Below the pieces are notes generated by a model. The model had not been told where the DNA came from and did not search any database. It saw only the letters and a program-made list of their open reading frames with translations. Source: an uncultured Clostridium sp. (GTDB lineage: Bacteria; Bacillota; Clostridia; TANB77; CAG-508). Taken from it: 64,000 nt of DNA. A program made the translations under genes and the position numbers. Of this stretch, positions 30,114-39,037 are shown one piece after another. Within the stretch, counting starts at the first letter, position 1. Each line of letters begins with the position of its first letter. The DNA lies in assembly GCA_905213875.1 (NCBI GenBank), contig CAJMJN010000004.1:2370-66369 (forward strand), given 5' to 3'.

Positions 30114-30701
30114 TTATTTTACTATATGTAATTTGTTTTCTACTTTATTATTGGGATTTACAAGTTGTTTTATATATTCTAAAGTTTCATTTTGTACTTC
30201 TAAGATTTTTCCAATATTTAATCTATTTATTCTAATGTCATCTTTCATGACTAATTGTTCATTTCTAATTTCTATTTGTCCTTCTTTTAGAATTTTAATA
30301 TCACTTTTCATTTGTTTCATATCTTTTTTCATTGTCTGTTGTTCTCTTTTTATATTCTTTATGTCTTTTTTCATTACTTGTTGTTCTTCTTTGATGTTCT
30401 TGATATCTTCTTTCATTACTTGTTGTTCTTCTTTTATGTTTTTGATATCTTCTTTCATTACTTGTTGTTCTTCTTTTATGTTTTTGATATCTTCTTTCAT
30501 TACTTGTTGTTCTTCCTTTATGACTTTGATATCTTTTTCCATTACATCTTGTCTTTCTTTTATGTTCTTGATGTCTTTTTTTATTACATGTTGCTCTTCT
30601 TTTATATTCTTGATATCATCTTTCATCTCGTATTGAGCAGATTTAACATCTTTAACTTCGGAACTTATTGTTTTAAGAATATTTATAATTTTTTCTTCCA
30701 A
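30114..30701 (-). CDS. Coiled-coil protein built of 14-aa tandem repeats
   Basis: KEDIKNIKEEQQVM is repeated about 8 times, with the central copies identical. No TM segment or signal peptide is evident. Confidence 0.6.
   Translation of the reverse strand: MEEKIINILKTISSEVKDVKSAQYEMKDDIKNIKEEQHVIKKDIKNIKERQDVMEKDIKVIKEEQQVMKEDIKNIKEEQQVMKEDIKNIKEEQQVMKEDIKNIKEEQQVMKKDIKNIKREQQTMKKDMKQMKSDIKILKEGQIEIRNEQLVMKDDIRINRLNIGKILEVQNETLEYIKQLVNPNNKVENKLHIVK
30318..30630. repeat. 42-bp tandem repeat array (coding)
   Basis: The unit TTCATTACTTGTTGTTCTTCTTTTATGTTTTTGATATCTTCT recurs head-to-tail. Copies near 30412-30495 are identical and the flanking copies are degenerate. The array is in frame with CDS 30114..30701. 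Confidence 0.85.
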
Positions 30702-31069
30702 TGTAAATTCCTCCTTTCTGCAGTAATTTTACTATTAAATTTTTATTAATTCAATAGTAAATTATTTCTAGGTTTACTAATAGATTTCAGTTTTTTACAA
30801 TTTTTTTGAAATTTTTTTCGATTTAATTTTTGAATTCAATTTAAATAAAAAAATAAATTTTGAATAAAACTTTAGATAAATTAAAATATTTATATTAAAG
30901 AAATTATAATTATCAATTATCTTAACACATTTTTAAAATCACATCAACTATATTTGTTATAATTTTACATTTCTTTTACATTTTATACTATAATCTTTAC
31001 TTTTTATTTTAACTAATATAAAATAACAGAAGATTGGTTATACTAATAAAAAAACTTTGGAGGAAACAA

Positions 31070-33463
31070 ATGAAAAATAAAAATGAATTAAATTACAAAG
31101 ATTTAAAAATGAACTGTAATCCTAATATTTTTAACTTTGATTCTACAGCTGAATTAGAAGCTATTCAAGATGGTATTGGTCAAGAAAGAGGAATTAAAGC
31201 TTTAGAATTTGGTTTACAAGTTGATTTAAAAGGTTATAATTTATATCTTGAAGGACCTAGTGGTGTTGGTAAAACTTCATATACTAGAAATTACTTAAAT
31301 AAAATATCAGCTAAGAAAAAAATTCCTTCTGACTGGTGTTATGTTTATAATTTTCAGAATCCTAATGAGCCTATTGCAATTGAATTTCCTGCTGGAAAAG
31401 GTAAAGAATTCAAAGATGATATGGATGGATTTATTAAAGAAATCAAAAAAGATATTCAAAAAACATTTAATAATGATGATTTTGAAAAAGAAAAAGCTTT
31501 AATAAAACAAGAATTTGAAGCTAGACGTTCTGCTTTATTAGACAAATTGAATGAAAGTGCTTCGAAATACGATTTTCAAGTAAAAACTGCACAAAATGGT
31601 ATTTATATGATGCCTGTAGTTAATGGAAAAGTTATTGAAGAAGAAGATTTTGAAAAATTAGATGATGAATTAAAAAAGAGTTATGAAGAAAAATCTGCAG
31701 TTGTTCAAGAACAAATAATGACGGTAATTAATCAAATAAAAGAAATTGAACGTCAATCAGATAAAAGAATTTCAGAATGGCAATCAAATGTTGCCTTGCT
31801 TACAGTTAACGCACATATTAATTACTTAAAATCAAAATATAAAAGAATTAAAAAAGTTAATAATTTTTTCAATGATGTTAAACAAGATGTATTAAAAAAT
31901 ATACCTGTATTTTTAGATGATAATGAAAAAAATCAAAATACTCAACAACAGCCAATGAATCCGGCAATGAAGAAGCCTGATCCTTGTTTGAATTATAGAG
32001 TTAATCTATTTATAGATAATTCTAATAAAGAAGGTGCACCAGTTATTATGGATTCTAACTATTCTTATAATAACATCTTTGGTGCAATAGAATATGAAAA
32101 TTATTACGGTTCTTTAAAGACTGACCACACAATGTTAAAACCTGGTCTTTTACAACAAGCAAATGGAGGATATATAATATTCCAAGCAAAAGATTTATTA
32201 GCTAATGGTGCTTGTTATGAAGCCCTAAAAAAAGCTTTAAGAGTTAAACAAATTGCTATTGAAAATGCAACAGATCAACGTTCTTCAATGGTATTAATTT
32301 CTTTAAAGCCTGAACCTATTCCACTTAATTTAAAAGTTATATTAATTGGAAATGCTCAAATATACCAAACTCTTTTAGCTATGGATTCTGATTTTAGAAA
32401 ATTATTTAAAATAAAAGTTGAATTTGAAGAATCTGCTACATTAAACACAGCAAATGCTAATAAACTTGCTCAAATAATACATGGGTTCTGTGAGTATGAA
32501 GAATTACCACATTTAGACAAAGATGCAATGGCAAAATTAATTGAATATTCATCTAAATTAGCAGGAAGCCATAGTAAACTTTCTACAAGATTTGACGATT
32601 TAACTCAAATAGTTGGAGAAGCTGCAACTTGGGCAAAACTTTCTCGTTCAAAAACTGTTACTCCAAAATTTATAGATAAAGCTTTGGCAGAGCGTGTTGA
32701 GAGAGTAAAAAAATATGATGAAAAATATTTAGAAATGATTAAACAAAATACACTTCTTATTGATACAACTGGTTTTAAAGTTGGTCAGTTAAATGGTCTT
32801 ACTGTCTTAACAATAGGTGATTATACATTTGGGAAACCTGCTAGAATTACAGTTAATACATATACTGGAAAAAATGGAGTAGTAAATATAGAAAGAGAAG
32901 TTGAAATATCTGGTCCTTCACATTCTAAGGGAGTTCTTATTTTAACTGGATATTTAGGGGAAATGTTTGCACAAGATATTCCATTATGCTTAACTGCTAG
33001 TATATGTTTTGAACAGTTATACAATGGTGTAGATGGTGATAGTGCTTCTAGCACTGAATTATATGGGCTACTTTCTAGTTTGTCTGGAATCCCAATTAAC
33101 CAATCAATAGCTGTAACTGGTTCTGTAAATCAAAAAGGCCAAATACAACCTATTGGTGGTGTTAATGAAAAAATCGAAGGATTTTTCCAAGTTTGTCAGT
33201 CTCGTGGATTAGATGGAAGTCATGGAGTTATGATTCCAATACAAAATGTTGATAACTTACAATTATCTGATGAAATTGTAGAAGCTGTAAAAGATAAAAA
33301 ATTCCACATTTATGCAGTTTCAACTATTGAAGAAGGAATTGAAGTTTTAACAGGTGTTCCAGCTGGCAAAAAAGATAAAGATGGAAATTTCCCTGCAGGA
33401 ACTGTAAATTATTTAGTTGCAGAAAAATTGAAAAAATTTGCAAAAGCAACTGAAAGGAATTAA
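31070..33463 (+). CDS. Lon-like ATP-dependent protease (AAA+ N-terminal part with a C-terminal S16 domain)
   Basis: The start was chosen at MKNKNEL after GGAGG. Walker A GPSGVGKTS. C-terminal Lon protease domain with GDSASS (catalytic Ser context) and VTGSVNQKGQIQPIGGVNEKIEGF (catalytic Lys context). Confidence 0.85.
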   Translation: MKNKNELNYKDLKMNCNPNIFNFDSTAELEAIQDGIGQERGIKALEFGLQVDLKGYNLYLEGPSGVGKTSYTRNYLNKISAKKKIPSDWCYVYNFQNPNEPIAIEFPAGKGKEFKDDMDGFIKEIKKDIQKTFNNDDFEKEKALIKQEFEARRSALLDKLNESASKYDFQVKTAQNGIYMMPVVNGKVIEEEDFEKLDDELKKSYEEKSAVVQEQIMTVINQIKEIERQSDKRISEWQSNVALLTVNAHINYLKSKYKRIKKVNNFFNDVKQDVLKNIPVFLDDNEKNQNTQQQPMNPAMKKPDPCLNYRVNLFIDNSNKEGAPVIMDSNYSYNNIFGAIEYENYYGSLKTDHTMLKPGLLQQANGGYIIFQAKDLLANGACYEALKKALRVKQIAIENATDQRSSMVLISLKPEPIPLNLKVILIGNAQIYQTLLAMDSDFRKLFKIKVEFEESATLNTANANKLAQIIHGFCEYEELPHLDKDAMAKLIEYSSKLAGSHSKLSTRFDDLTQIVGEAATWAKLSRSKTVTPKFIDKALAERVERVKKYDEKYLEMIKQNTLLIDTTGFKVGQLNGLTVLTIGDYTFGKPARITVNTYTGKNGVVNIEREVEISGPSHSKGVLILTGYLGEMFAQDIPLCLTASICFEQLYNGVDGDSASSTELYGLLSSLSGIPINQSIAVTGSVNQKGQIQPIGGVNEKIEGFFQVCQSRGLDGSHGVMIPIQNVDNLQLSDEIVEAVKDKKFHIYAVSTIEEGIEVLTGVPAGKKDKDGNFPAGTVNYLVAEKLKKFAKATERN

Positions 33464-33480
33464 AAAATATATAATTAACT

Positions 33481-33665
33481 AAAAAGACTTTAGGTAAACT
33501 TTGAATGAAGTTACGAATGCGACTGGAGAAATTTTAGAAATTCTTACGTAGTTTTATGGAAAGAGTTCATTTTTAATGGAAGGGTGCCATAAAATAAGTT
33601 AGAATTTCGTAAATTTCGTAATGAGCCGAGAAACGTAATGAAAAGTTTACCTAAAGTCTTTTTTA
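33481..33665. repeat. 185-bp rod-like inverted-repeat element in a convergent intergenic region
   Basis: A perfect 22-bp terminal inverted repeat, AAAAAGACTTTAGGTAAACTTT / AAAGTTTACCTAAAGTCTTTTT, encloses nested complementary blocks (TTAGAAATTC/GAATTTC, TTTTATGG/CCATAAAA). It is GC-richer than its surroundings. Confidence 0.7.
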
Positions 33666-33723
33666 TATTAATAAATTGGTAGCTTTTATAATCCCTGTGT
33701 CATAGTATATACCAATTTTTCAA

Positions 33724-34110
33724 TTAAAAAATGTTTTTCAAATTAAATGCATATTTTTCTTCTATATGTTTAACCAAAAATGCTAACTCATTTATTTCTC
33801 TTATAGTTTCATCATGTTCCTCTGTTTCAATATAACTTTTTAGCAAGACCAAATTTGTATCTATTTTTTCAAGTTCATTATGTTCAATAAAATATGCTAA
33901 TTTATCTTGCTTGTTTTTCCATATTTTTTCTGTTTCTTCTAGCTTTTCTTTTACTTTAACATCATCTTCTTTTGCTTCTACTGCTTGTTTTATTTGTTGT
34001 AACGAATCTAATATTTCTTCTCCAGATTTCTTAGTATAATCTCTACTAAAAAAGTTCCCAATTGCTATTAATGCAATAATTATTAAGCAAATAACAAACT
34101 CTTTTCTCAT
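33724..34110 (-). CDS. DUF4363-like small membrane-anchored protein
   Basis: The start was chosen at MRKEFVICLIIIALIAIGNFF (one TM segment), followed by a helical domain. It lies directly downstream of a DUF421 gene, the usual pairing as I recall it. Confidence 0.55.
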   Translation of the reverse strand: MRKEFVICLIIIALIAIGNFFSRDYTKKSGEEILDSLQQIKQAVEAKEDDVKVKEKLEETEKIWKNKQDKLAYFIEHNELEKIDTNLVLLKSYIETEEHDETIREINELAFLVKHIEEKYAFNLKNIF

Positions 34111-34185
34111 TATAATTATTTTCCTTTCTCCTTCTACTTCTTTCATAACTTTAAGAAACTAAAATTTTATTTATCTTTTAAGAAA

Positions 34186-34872
34186 TTAGTCACCTTTTTC
34201 ACTTTTCTGACAAAATATTTGATTTTTTCCGTCAATTGTAATTATTAATGCTTCTTCTGGTTTTATTTTAAATTTTTCAGCTTGTTTTTTTAACCAATTA
34301 TAATCTTTTCCTATTTGTTGCAAATTCTTTTCCATTACTTTTCCATCTATAACTAAATCATATGGTATTCCTTCATATTCTGGAGTAATATTAAAATCTT
34401 CTGGTATTGTATTTCTTTTTTCTGGTTTTTGGATTACTGTTACTTGACCACTTGTCTCTAGGATTGCATATTCAACATCTCCAAAATTGAATACATTATC
34501 TGTTCTTAATCTTTCTTCTAATTCATTTATTGTAAATCTTTCCTTTTTCAAAATTTTTTCATTGATTTTGCCTCTATATATTAATATGCTTGGCTTTCCA
34601 CAAATAATTTCTCTTGCTCTCATACTTTTTAAATTTATTACAGATATTATTAAATGCATTGTAAGTAAACCTAGTATTGGAATAATTCCATTAAAAATAG
34701 GTATTCCTATATCAGTCATCGGTATTGATGCTAAGTCTGCTATCATTATTGATATTGCCAATTCAAATGGTTGTAATTGACCTATTTCTCTTTTTCCCAT
34801 TAATCTCATTACCAGTAAAACTAGAATATATAATATAATTGATCTTACAAATGTAATTATCATCAATAACAC
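34186..34872 (-). CDS. DUF421 (YetF/YdfS-family) membrane protein
   Basis: N-terminal TM region with the RLMGKREIGQLQPFELAISIMIADLAS motif and a C-terminal soluble domain. The family is known from spore inner-membrane proteins. Confidence 0.8.
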   Translation of the reverse strand: MLLMIITFVRSIILYILVLLVMRLMGKREIGQLQPFELAISIMIADLASIPMTDIGIPIFNGIIPILGLLTMHLIISVINLKSMRAREIICGKPSILIYRGKINEKILKKERFTINELEERLRTDNVFNFGDVEYAILETSGQVTVIQKPEKRNTIPEDFNITPEYEGIPYDLVIDGKVMEKNLQQIGKDYNWLKKQAEKFKIKPEEALIITIDGKNQIFCQKSEKGD

Positions 34873-35021
34873 CTACTTTAAACTTACTTTTTGTTTTAGC
34901 ATTTGCAAAATTTATATAATTTATTCAAAATTTACTGTATACTTTTTTTATTTTTGTAAATAATAATTTTATAACCTTAAAATTTTCTGCATAAATTTTT
35001 TAACTAAGGAGGTTGAATAAT

Positions 35022-35399
35022 ATGTCAGAAGTACAAGAGAATCATACATCTCAAAGTGAAACTTCTACTGTATGGCAAGTGGTTGGTAGGTTAGTTACCG
35101 CTGCTGTAGTGTTAGCTATTACTGCATTTTTCACACCTGGTTTTACTATAAATAACATTTGGACTTTAGCTATTGCAGCAATTGTTCTTACAATAGTAGA
35201 CTATCTTGTAATAAAATTTACTGGATTACATGCTAGTCCTTTTGGTAAGGGGTTTGTTGGCTTTGCATTAGCTGCAATTGTTTTATATGTAACTCAATTC
35301 TTTGTTGCAGGATATTCTATTTCATGGATGGCTGCAATTATAGGTGCTTTAATTTATGGTGTAGTTGATTACTTTATACCTGGAAATCAACAAATGTAG
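35022..35399 (+). CDS. Four-TM small membrane protein (holin-superfamily-IV-like)
   Basis: The start was chosen at MSEVQENH after AAGGAGG. Four hydrophobic helices with the repeated motif FFTPGFTI...DY. No phage genes are adjacent. Confidence 0.45.
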   Translation: MSEVQENHTSQSETSTVWQVVGRLVTAAVVLAITAFFTPGFTINNIWTLAIAAIVLTIVDYLVIKFTGLHASPFGKGFVGFALAAIVLYVTQFFVAGYSISWMAAIIGALIYGVVDYFIPGNQQM

Positions 35400-35543
35400 T
35401 AATATCAATTTAAAAGGACAATCTATTTTATTCATATTAATTGAATAAGATAAATTGTCCTTTTTTTAATTATTATAAATTTTATTTTTACTAACGATGT
35501 TATTTATTAACCTATACAAAACTTATATCTAATTACCAAAATT

Positions 35544-36218
35544 TTAATATTTTTCTACTATTTCATTTTTATTTTTATAAATATGATTTTCTGGGATAAC
35601 CCCTCTAACACATGATAATGGGTATATATTAGTATTTCTGCATACAACTGTTCCTGGATTTAATACACTATTACATCCAACTTCTACATTATCTCCAAGC
35701 ATTGCTCCAAATTTTTTCAAGCCTGTTTCTATTTGTTCTCTTTCATATTTTACAACTACTAATTTTTTATCTGATTTAACATTAGATGTTATAGAACCAG
35801 CTCCCATATGTGCTTTAAATCCTAATATTGAGTCACCTACATAATTATAATGTGGTACTTGCACTTTATTAAATAAAATAACGTTTTTTAATTCTGTTGA
35901 ATTACCAACTACAGCACCATTTCCTACAATTGCTTTTCCTCTAATAAAAGCACAATGTCTTACTTCAGCATTTTCTCCAATTATTGCTGGTCCATTTATA
36001 TATGCTGTTGGAGCAACTTTAGCTGATTTAGCTATCCATATATTTTCTCCTCTTTTTTCATATATATTAGAATCTAATTTATTTCCTAATTCAATTATAA
36101 ATTCTTCTATTTTAGGTAATGCTTCCCAAGGATATGTAACACTTTCTAACAATTCTTTTGCAATTGTTTCATCTAGATTATAAAGATTTTTAATTTTACA
36201 TTTTTCCATTTTTATCAT
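35544..36218 (-). CDS. Left-handed beta-helix (hexapeptide-repeat) acyltransferase, similar to the GlmU C-terminal domain
   Basis: Hexapeptide repeats (IIGENAEVRHCAFIRGKAIVGNGAVVGNSTELKNVILFN...). It lies downstream of a UAP-type pyrophosphorylase. Confidence 0.7.
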   Translation of the reverse strand: MIKMEKCKIKNLYNLDETIAKELLESVTYPWEALPKIEEFIIELGNKLDSNIYEKRGENIWIAKSAKVAPTAYINGPAIIGENAEVRHCAFIRGKAIVGNGAVVGNSTELKNVILFNKVQVPHYNYVGDSILGFKAHMGAGSITSNVKSDKKLVVVKYEREQIETGLKKFGAMLGDNVEVGCNSVLNPGTVVCRNTNIYPLSCVRGVIPENHIYKNKNEIVEKY

Positions 36219-36262
36219 TTCCTCTCTTAATTATTAAATTCGTAACTTAGCCCAAATTATAA

Positions 36263-37519
36263 TTATTTTCTGTTTTGCCAATATTTTTCATACAACTCTT
36301 TAGCAGTTTTAGGGCTATCTACACCTTCTCTATTTTTTACAGGTGCAAAATCATCTTCCCTTTTTCCTCTTAAAATTGCTATATCATCAAAAAATTCAAA
36401 AGCATCAAAAATAAATGATTCAAATTTATATGAATTTGGCTCAGTTGGTATTACTTCTTTTCCATTTTCGTCTATATATGAATTCTTCTTAAATGCTGTA
36501 TGATAAATAAGTGGTTCTTTACTTATTTTTTCTATTGCATCAATTGTATATAAATTACACATTATATGTGATTCTCCAAATTTTAATTCTCCATCACTAT
36601 CAACTTCTTCTGCCATTTTTTCTGGAAGTTCTGTGTATTCTATAACTTTAGGGTGATTATTCATTTTACAAAATACCCCCACTCTTTCTTGTGGGTTTGC
36701 CTTTGCAACAGATTTAGATGCTATTTGAACACCTTTTTTAACTGCCATTCCAAGTAATGTAACATCAATCATTTTTAACAAAGCATTATCCACACTACCA
36801 ATAAATACCCATTTTATTCCTTTTTCTTTCATATCTGCTAAACATCCACTTGCTCTTAAAGATGAATATGTGCCACCATTACCATCTGATGCTTCTTTTA
36901 TTTTATATTCTTTGTTTATTAAAAATTTTCCTTCTGTATCTACTAGTGGTAATTCACTTTGTTTAAATATTGTTACTTTATTTTTGTCATATCCGAAGTA
37001 ATTATTTTTTTCTAAGAACTCTACTGTATCAGCATTATTTTCTTTGCTTGTCATTATGTACCAATTAATAACTACACCATACTTTTTATTTGCTTCTTGT
37101 AAATTGTCTGCCAATATTTCAAATAAATATTTTCCTTTTCCATATACATCTAGTTTAAAAGTTCCTTTTGGGCCTGTATGTCCTAATCTTGTACCTTGAC
37201 CTCCAGCCATTGTTACAACAGCATATTGATTGTTTTTGACAATTTCTTCTCCTAATTTATCAAATTCTTCTCTTTGATCTTTTGTAAGTTTAGCTTTATC
37301 TAAATAAGGTACTGGCTCTATTTTACCTTCTTTAAATTTTATTTCTTTTTTAGTATTTTGATATAATTCCATCATTTGATGAAAATCTATTTTATTTATT
37401 TGTTCTATTAATTCTTGTTTTTTTGTTTCATCTAATTTTTCTAATATATTTACTATATGATTTTGACCATATTCTTTTAATTTGTCTATAGCTTCTTTTT
37501 CTCTATCCATTGTTTTCAT
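36263..37519 (-). CDS. UDP-N-acetylhexosamine pyrophosphorylase (UDPGP/UAP1 family)
   Basis: MAGGQGTRLGHTGPKGTF nucleotide-binding loop and the overall ~420-aa layout typical of the eukaryote-type UDP-sugar pyrophosphorylase family. Confidence 0.8.
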   Translation of the reverse strand: MKTMDREKEAIDKLKEYGQNHIVNILEKLDETKKQELIEQINKIDFHQMMELYQNTKKEIKFKEGKIEPVPYLDKAKLTKDQREEFDKLGEEIVKNNQYAVVTMAGGQGTRLGHTGPKGTFKLDVYGKGKYLFEILADNLQEANKKYGVVINWYIMTSKENNADTVEFLEKNNYFGYDKNKVTIFKQSELPLVDTEGKFLINKEYKIKEASDGNGGTYSSLRASGCLADMKEKGIKWVFIGSVDNALLKMIDVTLLGMAVKKGVQIASKSVAKANPQERVGVFCKMNNHPKVIEYTELPEKMAEEVDSDGELKFGESHIMCNLYTIDAIEKISKEPLIYHTAFKKNSYIDENGKEVIPTEPNSYKFESFIFDAFEFFDDIAILRGKREDDFAPVKNREGVDSPKTAKELYEKYWQNRK

Positions 37520-37747
37520 CCCTTCATAATCTTATATTACATTATATGTTCTATAACTAACGTTGCTATTGTATCACATGTACTTTATTTTCGCAAGTTT
37601 TGGTAAATTTTAAAATTTCATTTCGATTGTTATTTTTTCAAATTAATTTTTGTTACTAAAACTTGTCATATTTCTAATAAAAATTAAATATACATTAACT
37701 AAAGTATTAACGTAGTACAAACATCTACAAAATTCAAAGGAGGGTAT

Positions 37748-39037
37748 ATGATGGATAATACAATATTGTATCAAGACATCGCAAAAAGAACTGATGGTGA
37801 TATTTATGTAGGAGTTGTTGGTCCTGTAAGAACCGGTAAATCTACTTTTATAAAAAGATTTATGGACTTATTGGTTATTCCTAATATAGATAATGAATAT
37901 AAAAAAGAAAGAGCAAAAGATGAATTACCACAAAGTGCTGGTGGTAGGACTATAATGACAACTGAGCCAAAATTTATTCCAAATGAAGCTGTTGAAATAA
38001 GTTTAGCAAATAACTTAAAATTCAAGACACGTTTAGTTGATTGTGTAGGTTATTTAGTTGATAATGCAATTGGATATTTAGAAGATGATATGCCAAGAAT
38101 GGTAAAAACTCCTTGGTCTGAAGAAGAAATTCCTTTTGAAAAAGCAGCTGAAATAGGAACTAAGAAAGTTATAGAAGAACACTCTACTATTGGAATTTTA
38201 GTTACAACAGATGGCTCTGTAACAGGCATTCCAAGAGAAGATTATATAAAGCCAGAAGAACGAGTAGTTGCTGAATTAAAAAGCTTAAATAAGCCTTTTG
38301 TGATATTATTAAATTCTACTGACCCTAATTCTGATTATACTAAAGAATTATCTAAAACATTAGCAGAAAAATATGATACAACAGTTATTCCTATAAATTG
38401 TGAATACCTTGATATTAATGATATAAACAATATTTTTTCAAAAATATTATATGAGTTTCCTGCTGACCAAATTAGAATAAAATTTCCTAGATGGGTTGAT
38501 GGACTTGATTTTTCACACCCATTAAAAGCTGAATTATTTAAAGAAATCAAAGAAGCTTTTGAAAATGTAAATGTTTTAAAAGATATTTCCTCTTGTACTT
38601 CAAAAATTAGTTCCACTGAAATAATTTCTAATACTGTAATTACAGATATTCAACTTGGAACTGGAAATGTAAATGTTCAAATAACTTTAAAAGAAGAATT
38701 ATTTTATAAAGTTCTTTCTGAAATTACTGGTGTTGATGTAGCTAATGAAGGTGATTTATTTAAAATAATTTCAGAACTATCTATTACAAAGAAAAAATAT
38801 GACAAAATATCTTATGCCTTAGATGAAGTTGAACGTAAAGGTTATGGAATTGTTACACCTTCTATCGATGAACTTGTTTTAGAAGAACCTGAAATGGTAA
38901 AACAAGGTTCACGTTTTGGAGTAAGATTAAAAGCAACTGCACCTTCTATACATATAATAAGACCTAAACAGATACTTTTTTTATCCACCTCGCTCATTTC
39001 CAAGCCGAGGTGGAAATTTATTTTTAGCTTAACATGA
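37748..39037 (+). CDS. spoIVA: Stage IV sporulation protein A, 5' segment of a split gene (homology ends at about 38962; the last ~25 codons are element-derived)
   Basis: YQDIAKRTDGDIYVGVVGPVRTGKSTFIKRFM...DELPQSAGGRTIMTTEPKFIPNEA is the SpoIVA Walker-A N-terminus. Similarity runs to ...GSRFGVRLKATAPSIHIIR and is then replaced by PKQILFLSTSLISKPRWKFIFSLT. SpoIVA proteins are about 490 aa and continue VD[IV]E[ST]E... after this motif, so about 85 C-terminal residues are missing. Confidence 0.9.
   Translation: MMDNTILYQDIAKRTDGDIYVGVVGPVRTGKSTFIKRFMDLLVIPNIDNEYKKERAKDELPQSAGGRTIMTTEPKFIPNEAVEISLANNLKFKTRLVDCVGYLVDNAIGYLEDDMPRMVKTPWSEEEIPFEKAAEIGTKKVIEEHSTIGILVTTDGSVTGIPREDYIKPEERVVAELKSLNKPFVILLNSTDPNSDYTKELSKTLAEKYDTTVIPINCEYLDINDINNIFSKILYEFPADQIRIKFPRWVDGLDFSHPLKAELFKEIKEAFENVNVLKDISSCTSKISSTEIISNTVITDIQLGTGNVNVQITLKEELFYKVLSEITGVDVANEGDLFKIISELSITKKKYDKISYALDEVERKGYGIVTPSIDELVLEEPEMVKQGSRFGVRLKATAPSIHIIRPKQILFLSTSLISKPRWKFIFSLT

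Noticed and set aside
30133-30749. Two long plus-strand ORFs across the 42-bp repeat array. The array could also superficially be mistaken for a CRISPR array.
   Set aside because: The repeats are contiguous with no unique spacers and are in frame with a sensible minus-strand coiled-coil protein. The plus-strand translations are repetitive hydrophobic nonsense. No cas genes are nearby.
31070-33463. The Lon-like protease as a BREX BrxL-type defence component.
   Set aside because: No other BREX genes (pglX, pglZ, brxA/B/C) or other defence genes flank it. The stand-alone Lon-related AAA+ protease architecture is common as a housekeeping-type gene.
35022-35399. The holin-like four-TM protein as evidence of a phage lysis cassette.
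   Set aside because: There is no adjacent endolysin or phage gene. The GH25/LysM muramidase is 33 kb away. Small proteins of this family are also common chromosomal membrane proteins.
38963-39037. The C-terminal 25 residues of the listed 429-aa spoIVA ORF (PKQILFLSTSLISKPRWKFIFSLT) as genuine SpoIVA sequence.
   Set aside because: There is no resemblance to the conserved SpoIVA C-terminus. The stretch overlaps the opposite-strand recombinase coding region and a hairpin. It is read-through into the insertion.
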